The notes under the pieces were generated by a model. It searched no databases, was not told the DNA's origin, and saw only the letters and a program-made list of their open reading frames with translations. Position numbers and translations under genes: made by a program. DNA of 63,154 nt, the filler included, from Chiloscyllium plagiosum (taxonomy: Eukaryota), in the NCBI RefSeq assembly GCF_004010195.1. It is 5 parts of one record of this genome, joined end to end, with 100 filler letters (N's around TTAATTAATTAA, not from the genome) between each part and the next. Parts side by side here need not be neighbours in the genome. Positions count along the whole stretch, not along the records: positions 20,753 to 26,637 come from NC_057716.1; positions 26,738 to 47,222 come from NC_057716.1; 3 more parts are not named here. The stretch is one strand, 5' to 3'. Below, piece by piece: positions 21,288 through 34,888 of the stretch; the first letter of the stretch is position 1; every line of letters begins with the position of its first letter.

Positions 21288-24200
21288 AAGACTGAGAGGG
21301 GATCTGATTGAGACATATAAGATTATTAAAGGATTGGACATTCTGGAGGCAGGAAACATGTTTCCACTGATGGGTGAGTGCCGAACCAGAAGACACAGCT
21401 TAAAAATATGGGGTAGACCATTTAGGACAGAGATGAGGAGAAACATCTTCACCCAGAGAATGGTGGCTGTGTGGAATGCTTTGCCCCAGAAGACAGTGGA
21501 GGCCCAGTCTCTGGATTCATTTTAGAAAGAGTTGGATAGAGCTCTCAAGGATAGTGGAATCTCACTTTAGAAAGAGTTGGATAGAGCTCTCAAGATAGTG
21601 GAATCAAGGGTTATGGAGGTAAGGCAGGAACAGGATACTGATTAAGAATGATCAGCCATGATCATATTGAATGGTTGTGCAGGCTCGAAGGGCAGAATGG
21701 CCGATTCCTGCACCTATTGTCTATTGTCTATTGCATTCAGGCCTTCTTCATACTTCATTGTAGTCATATTAACTGCAGAGAGCCCTGAGCAGTTGGCATA
21801 TCCACTTCTTACAAAAGGGAGAACATCACAACTTATTATTTAAGCCAACAGGGAATCAAACTGAGTAAATCAGCATGGTGTTTGAATGAGCTGAAGTTTT
21901 TGAAAGTTTGAGGATGGGAGACTGGATAACCAACTCCTGTCGGTATTAAAAATTAATAGCTAAAAGAACATTTCTGGTGATAACTTAACTAATGAATAAT
22001 TTTTGCAGACCACAAGTAAAAAGTTCAATCACATGACTACACTGTCTTATAAAGTCCTGTTCTCAAATTTCTGAACATCTTTCTACTTTGTCTAGTTATC
22101 TTGGTTGCTACTCTGTGTGCTGGTGTATGTTCTTTTCTAAAGAAACTATAACTTTAATTGAGCAGTTTCACCATCCTTGTATCGGCTACATTGCTTTCTT
22201 TCTCCTTTGGTTTTTGAAAAGGTAGTGTGAAAACAAGATTTTTCTGCATTGAAGAAGCATGGCTTAAGATCATCAAACAAGGTGATAGGAAACTTGTTAG
22301 TCCTGTACCTCACAATAGCTTGTGCTGAATCTTGGCCATTGCTTTAAGTGTGCCATTAACAGGTTAAGTGAGAGATACTTTGGATTTACAAAGAAAGTCG
22401 CTTCTTGCTTTCACTATTTTTGCTAAAATGTGTTCCTTAAGTCTTGAACAGCAAACTGGCCGTTTGGACAGAAGCAGCATAATCCTAAAACAGCTGTAAC
22501 CAAGAATTAGAAGACCTTTAAACAGCTGAAATAGCACTGCTAAGGCCCAGGCAGGTGTTAAGTGAGCAGATTTATTGAAGAAAGGCAAGTTTGCTAATCA
22601 GCGCTATAAGCCTATCCTAAGGGGCTGATGACCATTTCTACCCAGCATCTAGTATAGCAAATATGGAAGACGGAGATGGAAGATGGAGATAGAAAACAAG
22701 CAGCAGCAGTAGTCAGGCTAGTGCCAGACATGGTTGATTCACAGATAGAACCCTCAGAATTTATGACCAGTGAAGTCTAGGGCCACCAGAATCCCAGCAG
22801 TCTATCTTACAGTTGGCTCGCTCACTTGTTGCTGAAGAAAATCACTTTGAAGAAATGGTAGGTTAGATATCATGTGAAACAAAGGACAATTTCAAAGAAG
22901 CAACACTGTGCCAAATCACAGTAACGACCATAGAACTATAGATATTTACGACCATTTGAGCTATGATGTCCGTGCCAACTCTTTGCTAAAGCAATCCGTA
23001 ACAAATCTCAAAACCCTGCTCTCTCCACATGGTTCTGAATTTTCGTCTAGTTCAAATATTTATCTCTTTTCCCTTAAAAAAGGTACAGTAATCTCTTCCC
23101 CAATGATTCCTGTAGCAAAATATTCCTTACTCCACTCAACCTCTTAAACTTTTGTCTAACATATCTTCTTACACTCTTTTGGTATGATTCTAAATTGGTG
23201 ATTCCTCTTCACTGACACCCCAAATGAAAGGAAACATAAATGTACTTATTTTCATCCTATAAAAAACCCTTCAGAATACTAAAAACATTGAATCCATCTC
23301 CTCTTAGATTTATCTAACTCAATAGCAATCATTAATTATCTCAAATATCATCATACTCTCATTACTGACATCATCCTGCTGGACCAGTTTTGTACAGTAG
23401 CAGTGAATGAAATAAATACATTGCAATTGAGTTGAACATTTTGCTGTGTGTATTGTTCTTACTTATTGAGATAAAGCAGAAAGCTAACATAAGTCACCAC
23501 TAGAAAAATGTTGAAGAATTGTGTACGAATGTATAGGTTATGGTCTTAGGTTTATGATTATTTGCAACTATTGTTTGAGGCTTTAAGAAAAATGATAACA
23601 ATGACATAAATTGAAATACCTCGAATATTTGCTTCACAGCTTACTATTGCTTTTGATGATGTATGAATTCGTGTAATAGTTTTAAAGGTATATTTCTTTT
23701 TAATTAGGCCTTTATAGCTTCAAAATCAGTTTTATTGTACACAGTATTCCTTTCTTTTATAGGGGATAAAATAAGCTTTTCCCTTGCATCAGTATAATGA
23801 ACATATTCTTAATTTTGAAGAATTCTGACTCCTGAAAGCTTCACAATGCTCAATGTATTTCAGCCTTCACATTTTCTTAGTGGCATTGTTATTCCTCTGT
23901 ATGGATAACAAAATGAAAAAATACATTCAGTTTTACCCCAGGTGCTTCTCAAACTGGCATGTACTTGTCAGATCAAATGACCGGTTTCTGTGCTTTCTTG
24001 TAATGTAATCAAACATAGGAAATGCTAGTAATGACATCGGATATGGGCTTTCCCAGTTGGTCTCTGCTCATCAGAAGTCCATTCAAGTAACAACTTATCA
24101 TCACACTTCTGAACTTCAAAGCAGATTTAACAATCTTAGAAAAGGGTGCGGACTAGGTATCATGATATTACTAGGAATCAGGAAATATTTAAAATAAAGG

Positions 24201-26165
24201 ACAATTCACTTTGCAACAGTTAAATTTAGCCGATTGGAGAGTTTTATGATTAGGGGATAAACAATTTCTTCATGGGCAATAATTAGGGTAATTGATTCAA
24301 AATTATCGGGAAAAGATCTTGAGTCAAAATAAGAATTTTTTATACTTGCCTAACACATCAAAAGTTGAAGGTCATGTCAATTCACCAATTCTGTGTTGCT
24401 TGCATCCATGAAGACTTCAAATCCTGTGAAGAATCAGGATATAAGCAATGGTAACTTTTGAATTACTGTATTTAACTGTAAAAGTGCAGATGGCAAAACT
24501 GCATATCAATTCTACCCAAGAATAATGATGAGTGCTGACAGTTTCTCCACCATTACAACCACAAGTTCTCGGTCATTGTCTTCATCTTCTGCACGAATCT
24601 AAATGATTTGGCCATTGTATGTTTTTGACTTAACTGCCTCTATAATTATTTTGTAACTGAAAATTTATTTTAATGCTAAATCTTTTCTAAATTTTTGAAT
24701 TTAGGTAATCCATAGTAATTATAATCGTGTAGATATAACTGTTTTTATTGTTTCAAATTTTCTTATCAAATTAATATAATGGACTAATGCAAACAAATTA
24801 AGTGATAGAACCTCAGCATGTCAAGCCATTCCCATTTTTCTTTATACTGGAGGTAGGAAATATTCTGTACATTCTGGCTGACAACATACTTTTCGATTAA
24901 TTAGTTTATTCACACTGTTCTATTTATATAGTTGATATTTTGTGGTATTTAAATTTGTTAGCAAATTCAGAATTAATAAGTAAATTAGTACTACTTCACA
25001 TTGACCTTTTTCGAACCCAAGACCTATTTTAGCATTCATAGACCAAAGTAAGTTAATTTTTCAGCATCATCCTTTTGAGTATGGTTACAAAGCTGTCCAT
25101 AATTATATCATGCAAATGGCATTTGCTTTTGTTCATGCTTTTTCCCTCAGATGGTACTTTCTTTTATCACACTCCCCACACATCTGTGACTCTGAAACAG
25201 CACTGAAAAACCCTCCCCTTCTAGTCCCAGAGTTCCTTTTATTATCTGTTCTGACTGTCACATAGACACAGTTAGGATTTTGAACTCACATTGCAATGAC
25301 ATATCCTTGTGACATGGGTTATGTTGCCAGCTGGTATGAACAGGTGTACAGTGAATTTCCTATCAAATGGCAACATGCATTTGGCCATGGACCAAACTGA
25401 AAAATGAAAAACCTGTTCATTAAAGTCACCCACAGAAAGTGATTGGGTATTAGCAAACAGAACATACAATGGTATGTGCGCTGTATGGCACCAGTGCCTG
25501 TTTAGTTCCCCAATGATTACTTGCCTTTTCTTTGTAACACTGAGGTCATAAAGCCATATAAAGCATAATATAATGGAATATAATTTTGTCCTTTTTAATT
25601 CAGAAACCAATGTGAAGTAAAACAATTATTAAAATAATCTCAAAAGGCTGATATTGAGAAAACATGCTTTGATAATAGTTGAACAACAAAGACATGTATC
25701 CTCCGACCCACTGTGGGATCAGGAAATAATCAGTTTGCACTTTCAAACCTTTTATAACTTCAATGCATTTAGATCCTAAATCTAAAGAGCACTAATCTGT
25801 GAAGTGCACATTCTAAATTTCAATTTTATACCAGATTAGTTTTGAATGAAGTCTTACTCAGTGCTTGAAAGAATGTTTTGTTAATTTTAATTGTCTTAAT
25901 TATTTGAAGACAAATGAACAACTGTACAAGAACAGACATTAATAGCTAACTGAAACATTCATTCATTATTTATGCAAACAAAAAGCACCTTATCCATCTA
26001 AGATAAATAACAACAGAGTGACTTCTTTATTCTGTAGAAAGTTATCTTGTACCACTACAAATCTTTCAGTACTCCAGAATGACAAAGAGTAAATGTTACA
26101 AGTGTATCACATTTTCTTTCTTAGATTATGTTTGCACTGGCAACAGGTGAGAATTATAAAGCAAA

Positions 26166-26637
26166 AACTTAATGGTAAGTCCCCAGAGAGTGCTGCTGAA
26201 CAAAGAGACCTTGGAGTGCAGGTTCGTAGCTCCTTGAAAGTGGAGTTGCAGGTAGATAGGATAGTGAAGGCGGCATTTGGTATACTTTCTTTTATTGGTC
26301 AGAGTATTGAGTACAAGAGTTGGGAGGTCATGTTGCGGCTGTACAGGACATTGATTAGGCCACTGTTGGACTATTGTGTGCAATTCTGGTCTCCTCCCTG
26401 TCGGAAAGATGTTGTGAAACTTGAAAGGGTACAGAAAAGATTTACAAGGATGTTGCCAGGGTTGGAGGATTTGAGCTATAGGAAGAGGCTGAACATGCTG
26501 GGACTGTTTTCCCTGGAGCGTCAGAGGCTGAGGGGTGACCTTATCGAGGTTTATAAAATTATGAGGGGCATGGATAGGGTAAGTAGGCAAAGTCTTTTAC
26601 CTGGGGTCGAGGAGTCCAGAACTAGAAGGCATAGGTT
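26166..26637 (+). mobile_element. CR1 LINE 3' fragment (ends at a gap)
   Basis: EQRDLGVQVRSSLKV...LIRPLLDYCVQFWSP...[10 protein letters not shown]. Confidence 0.93.
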
Positions 26638-26737
26638 NNNNNNNNNNNNNNNNNNNNNNNNNNNNNNNNNNNNNNNNNNNNTTAATTAATTAANNNNNNN
26701 NNNNNNNNNNNNNNNNNNNNNNNNNNNNNNNNNNNNN

Positions 26738-27930
26738 ATTGAGTTCTTTGAGGATGTGACTAGAAAAGTTGTTGAGGGTCGAGCTGTGGATGTGGTGTAT
26801 ATGGACTTCAGCAAGGCATTTGATAAGGTTCCCCATGGTAGGCTCATTCAGAAGGTCAGGAGGAATGGGATACAGGGGAACCTAGCTGTCTGGATACAGA
26901 ATTGGCTGGCTAACAGAAGACAGCGAGTGGTAGTAGAAGGAAAATATTCTGCCTGGAAGTCTGCGGTGAGTGGTGTTTCACAGGGCTCTGTCCTTGGGCC
27001 TCTATTGTTTGCAATTTCTATTAATGACTTGGATGAGGGGATTAAAGGATGGGTCAGCAAGTTTGCAGATGACTCAAAGGTTGGAGGTGTCGTTGACAGT
27101 ATAGAGGGCTGTTGTAGGCTACAGCGGCACATTGACAGGATGCAGAGATGGGCTGAGAGGTGGCAGATGGAGTTCAACCTGGATAAATGCGAGGTGATGC
27201 ATTTTGGAAGGTCGAATTTGAAAGCTGAGTACAGGATTAAGGATAGGATTCTTGGCAGTGTGGAGGAACAGAGGGATCTTGGTGTGCAGGTACATAGATC
27301 CCTTAAAATGGCCACCCAAATGGACAGGGTTGTTAAGAAAGCATATGGTGTTTTGGCTTTCATTAACAGGGATTTTGAGTGTAAGAGTCGTGAGATCTTG
27401 TTGCAGCTCTTTCAAACTTTGGTTAGACCGCACTTGGAATACTGCATCCAGTTCTGGTCGCCCTAGTATAGGAAAGATGTGGATGCTTTGGAGAGGGTTC
27501 AGAGGAGATTTACCAGGCTGCTGCCTGGACTGGAGGGCTTATCTTATGAAGAGAGGTTGACTGAGCTCGGGCATTTTTCATTGGAGAAAAGGAGGAGGAG
27601 AGGGGACCTAATTGAGGTATACAAGATAATGAGAGACATAGATAGAGTCGATAGCCAGAGACTATTTCCCAGGGCAGAAGTTTTAAGCTGGTTGGAGGAA
27701 AGTATAGAGGGGATGTCAGAGGCGGGTTCTTTACACAGAGAGTTGTGAGAGCATGGAATGCGTTGCCAGCAGCAGTTGTGGAGGCAGGGTCATTGGGCAC
27801 ATTTAAGAGACTCCTCGACATACATATGGTCACAGAAATTTGAGGGTGCATACATGAGGATCAGTGGTCAGCACAACATCGTGGGCTGAAGGGCCTGTTC
27901 TGTGCTGTACTGTTCTATGTTCTATGTTCA
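26738..27930 (+). mobile_element. CR1 LINE RT to 3' tail (starts at a gap)
   Basis: VDVVYMDFSKAFDKVPH...[11 protein letters not shown]...KFADDSK; (TTCTATG)n tail. Confidence 0.95.
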
Positions 27931-30900
27931 CATCAATGTTTAGACCTGTGAGTCCACAAGCTAAGGGTGTATGTTGTCTATGCTACACAAATGTACAGAT
28001 TTTGAAGCAGTTACACCATGACATGGATTCATGCCTCTGTCTGTGTCAAAATGGTTGCAGTAGAGATTTTCAAATGACTAATTGGATCCAATTTCAGGAT
28101 ACCAACCTGCAATCGAATTTTCAAACATTTTTTTCTGAGCATGATATAACTGCATAAGTGGTGAGCCATTATTCTCATTGGATTATTGCAGGGTTTGGGC
28201 ATTTCAAATCACCCACTACTTTGATGGAGGCAGGCTTTCTTTTGCAAGAGACAATGTTCAAGGCTACACAATTGTATCAAGAATCCGACAGAGCTGTAGT
28301 CTGGGGTTAGAAACCAAAAAGCTAGAATTATATCCAACATTCTTTTCGAAAAATCTTGCCTCTTCTATCTTTTAGTAACATTAGCAATCAAACACATGCA
28401 TTGAAAGTTCCATTGAGAAAGTCTTTAATTCACTTTATATTTCATAACATTATCCAATAAACCAAATAGACATTAAAAAGTCACTTCAAAGAAAAAATCA
28501 GATTGTTACAAATTCATAAGCATGTCAATCAATCAAAGCTACAACTCCCCTTTAGCAACTGAGTAAGTTGATTCCTGTTGATGTTAAATCCAAAAGGCAT
28601 TCTTGGACCTTAGCTAAGAATCCAAAAATGAACGCTACCTTGTTTCTGATAATTAGATAAGCCCATGATATGCCCCATGTATGCTTGTCACAAACCATAC
28701 ACATTCCTTTATAGGGACTCACTCTCTGCAAACAAAAAGAATATGCACTAGCTTTATATTTTTTGGAATATTCAGCAGTTTGGGAACCCGATAACTCTTA
28801 GATGCTTCCACAATGGAAAGGCCATAATAAATCAACATCCTTTTTGTCACATAGCATGAATGGCTGCAATCATCTGAAATTTACCATTCTTGCATTTGCC
28901 TTGAGGAGTGCAAAATAAAAAGCTTTGGCAGCTTATCTTTGTTTCCATACACATTCAAGTTCCAAGTAACCGTTTGTATATCAGAAAAAGAAAATCTATG
29001 TAGTACTGGACAGATAGGAATATACAAGTTATTTAAATAGTAATAATATAATACATTTACAGGAGCCATTACATCAAGAAATAGTGCAAAATGTTTCACT
29101 TGGAGAATAAGTTTGCATAAATAGCTTTTTATTCATCTTCTCTATTTAAAGGACAGGGAAAATGTAAGCATTACATTGGGTTATGTTTCTTGTATTTGTA
29201 GAGAAAAAAATTACTTGGCTCACTGCAAATTCAATATTTGATTGCTTTTTACTTTTAAATTATGATGGGTGAAAAACAATAGAAAGAGATGGCAACAGTT
29301 GATAACAGCACAAGATCACAGTCAGCGTTGTGATGCGAAGGCAGGAGAATTGAAGCTGAATAGAACTCTTTATGCTGAAGCTAATGATTCTTTTCAGGAT
29401 CAAATCTCACACCGTTTAAATTGCTACTTTGGCTGATCTTGTTCCCTCATCATGCTCCACAAAGCAGACAATCAGACAGATTCATCTGTGAAAAATCTCA
29501 CTCCTTTTCCAGTTTGTGCCTACTGGGAAAAAGCATCACCTGCGCCTGAAATGTAAGTAAGCAGTATATGGAATGATGTTTGTCCTCAGAGAACCAGATT
29601 TATCTGTTCCATTTTGTATCTTGGTAAATCCAATTTTTTTTTGTTTGAAATTGTTCAGGAAGCCTGGGCTTATTTATAGCCAGAAATAAGCACAAGATTT
29701 AGAGCTTCATATGTCACAACATATAAATAATGACTAAATAAGGAAAGGTTCAAATGGTTGTCCTGAGACTGGTTCTGTTGTGCTATGTTCATTTATGACA
29801 TCACAAAATAAACAGTCAAATATAACCATTAATAAAGGAGACACAGAGCTGATGGCATTAAGGCATGTTTGATGTAGTCATGTTTGAATAATCCATGCAT
29901 TGTGATTTAAGTTGACAATCCATTCACCCTTATGGGGCAATAGTAGACATCATTTACCAGAATCAAATGATGTGGAGAAGTGCAACATCCCATTTGTATC
30001 CATGTCACACATAGTTCACCTTGCTGCCCAAATGCTGAAAATGGTGCATTTAAAAATAATCCCTGTGACAGTAAAATTCATATTTCTGCATGCCGTTGAG
30101 CAATGAGAAATATTTTATTCCAGTAACTTCTATGACATGTATCAGCATAGCATTCTGACTGAAGCAATTGCTGCAAATCTGTATTATATGGAATGAATGC
30201 ACACAATTCCATTATAACTGCACAACCATGAAGACTGTCTCTTTAGGGAAGGGGAAATGTACAAGTAAAGACAGAAGCACTCAGCAAATCAGGCAGCATC
30301 TGTGGAAAAGCAGCAGTCAACATTTTGAGCCATTCAAACAACGTAAACCACTGTACTTCAGTGCTTCTTGTGTTTCTACTTACGTACTGCAACTTGCTGT
30401 TGTCTGAAATTCATTTCAATGAAGCCTCAACAAAGTAGCCTGGAAACCTATATCAACAGGACAAGCACTGTGCATCTCTCACTGATTAGACTTAAGAATC
30501 ATATTGAGAGAAGTGGCGAGAGGGAATTTAATTTAAATGAGAAGGTGGGAACATGAGCAATCAGCCCCTTAAACCTGAACCTTGGTTAGGTACCAAATTC
30601 TTCACGCAGCACTGACATCCTCAAAGTTTAAAAGCTCCAATAAGTCATTGTGGAAGCAACACACTTGAGATGGATGAATGGCCAGTTAAGCTTCTAAACA
30701 AGCTTGTTGTTGATGTGTCCTTTAGGCTTTACTGAGAAAATGTATCACAAGATTTCTTTACAGAGCAACTCATCCACATTGCAACTCTATGACAGACATC
30801 AATATAGCCTGGATTCTATCACTTGATAAGCTGGTTGACTGATAGACTTTCCTGATGACTGTGAAGTATAGCGGTCTTAGCAGTCACGAGTCAAGTGGAA

Positions 30901-30959
30901 TTTATGTCTTTGCACATGAATATTGCATGGCATCATGAAAGAATTATCTGAATACATTT

Positions 30960-32105
30960 TCTTAATTCTTTCAAGGAATATGGGATGTACTGCCTATCCA
31001 GTATTTATTGCCAATTCCTAATTTGAGAAGGAGATGTCTAGCTGCCTTTTTGAACTGCTGCAGTCATTATGTAACAGTGATGGCATAGTCGGCAGTATTA
31101 GTGCTAGACTATGAACCTAAAGACCTGGGGATCTGGGTTTGAATCCTGCCACGTCAGATGGTGGAATTTGAATACAATAATAATTTGGGAATAGATTGTA
31201 ATGATGACCATGAAACCATTGCCAAACATCAGGAAAAACCCATCTGGTTCACAAATGTCCTTTAGGGAAGGAAATTTGCCATTCTTATCAAGTCTGGCCT
31301 ACATGTAACTCCAAACCCATTGCAATGTGGTTGAGTCTTAATACCTCTGGGCAATTAGGGATGAGCAATAAATGCTGGTCTAGCCAGTGAATAAATAAAA
31401 GTCAATATGCTGTAGGTACACCCATAATGCTATTAAGGAGAGAGATTGAGGATTTTGATCCAGCAACATTGAAGGAATGGCAACATTATTTTCAAGCCAG
31501 GATGGTGAATGTCTTGCAAGGGTACTTGAAGGTTGTGGTGTTCCCATTAATCTGTTGTCCTTATCCTTCTTGGTGGAAATGGGTTCCAAGGTTCTCTCGA
31601 ATGAACCTCAGTGAATGTCTATAGTGCATCTTGTATGTGGTACACACTGACGCCACTGATCATCGATGGTGGGGGAAATTAATGTTTTTGGATGTGGTAC
31701 CAGTCAAGTAGACTGCATTGTCCTGGGTGGTGTAAAGCTTCTTAAGTATGAGTAATTCGGAGTTGCACTTATCCAGGCAGTGGGAAATGTTCTATCATGT
31801 TCCTGACTTGTGCTTTGTAGATGATGGACAGACTTTGATGAGTCAAGGGTGCGTTGTTTGCTGCAGGATTCCTAGAATCTGATCTGCTCTTGTAGCTACA
31901 GCACTGATATGGCCAGTCTAATTCAGTTTCTGATCAATGATAATCCTCATGATATTGATAATTGGGGATTCAGTGATTGTAATATTATTGACTGTAAAGG
32001 AGAGATGGTTGTATTCTCTCTTGTTGGAAATGGACGTTACTTGGCATTCATGTGGTGGGAATGTTACTTGCCACTTGCCGGCCCAAGCCTGGATATTGTC
32101 AAGGA
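30960..32105 (-). mobile_element. Old CR1/L2-group LINE 3' part whose tail resembles the SacSINE tail
   Basis: Minus strand LSIIYKAQV..MIEH remnant. The 3' end GGCAATAAATACTGG matches the SINE tail. Confidence 0.6.
31074..31400 (+). mobile_element. SacSINE1/Deu-type SINE
   Basis: GGGTTTGAATCCTGCC B-box; ACCCATCTGGTTCACAAATGTCCTTTAGGGAAGGAAA core; tail. Confidence 0.8.
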
Positions 32106-32327
32106 GTGGATGATTTGCATTTAACTATCTTAAAGTTATAGGTTTACATGCAATATCACAGTTGTGAGGCAAGGGATTCATGAATGACTCAACCAAGACA
32201 GGGAAGTGGAGCAGGCACAAACACAGTGTGGAGCAAATCAGAAACAGCAGTAGAGGGTCCTCACCAACAAACGACCAGTTTTACAAAGTCAGGAGATTTA
32301 TCTGTTGAATCTCTTCAATTTTGCAAA

Positions 32328-34337
32328 GGACAATTTCAAGGGAAAGTTTAGGGGCTGATGGTATATGGATCCATCTGTTTCTATGTTTGTGAGAGGGGCA
32401 TTCATGAAGACTGCACATTACAATTTAAAGGGAGGAAAAACATAACAGGAAATGGGATTAAACTCCTCTGAGACTACCTTTGAGCAGTAGCATTTATAGA
32501 AGCAGAGTTGAACCTTTTGGTAATAGAATGCAAGGATAGGTAAGAGAACAGTCAGAGGTAATGAAAGCAATAACTTCATTAGTGGGTCTACCACCAAAGA
32601 AGAATAGGTGCAGTCAGGTGGTTTTTGGATTTGTCTGACCTCTGTGCCAGTTATTCAGCATTCTGTAGGAACGTCCACCATGGCCTCCCAAGACTGTCAA
32701 ACTCACAGTAAACATACAGAACCTAGCAACTAGTTTCTTTCAAGGAACAGCAACAGGTATTAGTGACATCTCACTGGCAGCAGCATATTATTGCATCAGG
32801 GAGTATGTGAATATTTCTTTCTAGAGGGCAAGGGTTATGTTGGTTCAAGATGGATAGCAGCACTTGAGTTCGAAGGGCAGTGGACCTTGCCTTCATTGAT
32901 AGATTCCATCAGATGCAGGGGATCATTTTTTGTAGTTACAAGACCATGAAGGCTCTGACTGACCAGCGAGGGAGATTTCTCATCAGCAAGAACTTTTTGC
33001 AGGTCTTGGAAGCTTTGCTGGAAGCTGTCTTGATGCCTATAATTTCCAGCAATTTATGCAATCATCTGCAGATGACTGTTAGTGGATAAGGCTTATCCAG
33101 TAGAAGGAAAGTAAAGGCTTTCGTGACATTTCTGTCACAGAGACTGTAAGCAATTTTACCTGAGCCCAAAGTGGCTTTCAGCATCCTGAAGATTAGGCTT
33201 AGATATCTTGACCGGTTGGTGGTGCCCTCCAGTATACATCCTCATTGAGTTGCTCATTATGATGATCTGCTGATCTCTCCATACCATGACCCTCCAGGCA
33301 GGCATGGACCTTGAGGAGGGATAAAAACTAGAAAGGCACAAACCTGGACTAATAGGTAAAAGTGTCTTGGCTGTTGCAGTCCTAGTCAAATTATATCAAT
33401 CTCAAACCATCTTCAAGTGGGCATGATTGCATAGTGCAACATAATTTGTAATTTGACATAGGACACACAAGGATGGAAAACCATAAAAATGTTGTTATCA
33501 GAAAAGAGTAAATGACTGCTGATGAGACATTTCTGTGCATAGAATGACAGGGAGGACTTTACTGTGCATCTGGAAATTTTGGTAACAGGTACGTACACCA
33601 ACCCTACAATATGGTGGTCATTTAATGACATTGACCAACAAATAGCTAAGGTTTTAAATTTACAATGTTATTTATTGATAAAAAGGATTTTTAAATTCGT
33701 TTGCAAGCCATATCTGATGCTTTAACTGAACTGATGTTGTTATTTCACTGTAGTCTGCTTTGTTATATTTGCCACTGATTACTTAACTCAGAATGGTTAC
33801 ACTGTGCAAAGGAGCAAAAATACCAGGGGAGACTGTATCTGTAGGACTGCCACAACTGAACTATTTGCATTCACTGCCAAAATTGGAAGAAATCTTTTGT
33901 ATTGCCTCAATCATAATTTGTTTACCATGTCCTGGAGTAGCATTATCCTATGGCTTGGCAAGGTAAAGTGATCATTCAGACTTTAGAGAAAATGTTACAT
34001 TTTTTATATATCTAAAGAATTCTAGTGAAGATTTTCAATTTTTTAAACTTAAGCTTGGAATGGTATCAATCATGTTGGATGGTTCATATCTGCCAAAGCC
34101 AAGAGTTCATTATCTCATGCGACCACTTGCTTTATCAGCTCGTTATCTATGAAAGCAAGTTGTTGTGGAGTTTCTCAGTGTATCATGTGTGGTCACCCAA
34201 CTGGAGGTTCTCGCCACCAGCGGGGCCTTTGTATATCAAGAGTTCTGAATCTATTTTTAAAAGTCTGATGGACTCATTTAGCCCATGTTGGGTGTTCCTC
34301 GAAGCAGGTTAGATGGATTGGTCATGGTAAATTGCCC
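32328..34337 (+). mobile_element. Decayed PIF/Harbinger DNA transposon (transposase remnant ~32500-33400)
   Basis: LPKTVKLTV...ATSFFQGTATGISDISLAAAYYCIRE (HARBI1-like HTH), DKAYP, LKIRLRYLDR..GALQYT. Candidate TIRs GGACAATTT / AAATTGCCC. Confidence 0.7.
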
Positions 34338-34536
34338 TGCAATGGCAGCCTGTTAAGCCAGGAATTGTGGGAGATCCTCCGACTCTATGCATTTTTCTTT
34401 TAACAGGCCATCTCCTGCCCTGTAGTCCCGTCAGTTTCCATGCCATGATCTACATGAGGGCAATCTGCCTGAGGAGGAGCAAATAATGCCATTATATTGT
34501 GTCCAAAATCTGCTGAGTCTGGAGGATCATTACATT

Positions 34537-34888
34537 ATCATAGAATCCATACAGTGTGGAAACAGGCCATTTGGCCCAACAAGTCCACCTCGACCCTCCG
34601 AAGAGTAACCAACCCAGACCCATTCCCCTACCTTATTACTCTACATTTCCTCTGACTAATGCACCTAACCTACATATCCCTGAGCACTTTGGGCAAGTTA
34701 CCATGATCAATTCACCTAACTTGCACATATTTGGACTGTGGGAGGAAACCAGAATACCCAGAGGAAACCCATATAGACATGAGGAGAATGTGAAAATTCC
34801 ACACAGACAGTCGCCTGAGGCTGGAAATGAACCAGGGTCACTGGTGCTGTGAGGTAGCAGTTATATCCATTGAACCACTGTGCTGCCC
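34537..34888 (-). mobile_element. HE1-type V-SINE (diverged)
   Basis: Same head, V-domain and tail layout as 2816-3130. Confidence 0.85.

Larger units (their letters stand above)
20753..21733 (+). mobile_element. CR1 LINE 3' part
   Basis: LVRPHLKYCVQF...RLRGDLIETYKIIKGLD...VWNALP; (CTATTGT)n tail; internal ~45-bp tandem duplication near 21520-21605. Confidence 0.93.

Noticed and set aside
29397..29557. Possible plus-strand exon ending at GTAAGT
   Set aside because: All three frames from the upstream acceptor contain stops; no recognisable peptide.
30850..30895. CTGATGA followed by a hairpin, as a hammerhead or snoRNA
   Set aside because: No GAAA after the stem and no matching PLE tail or box pair.
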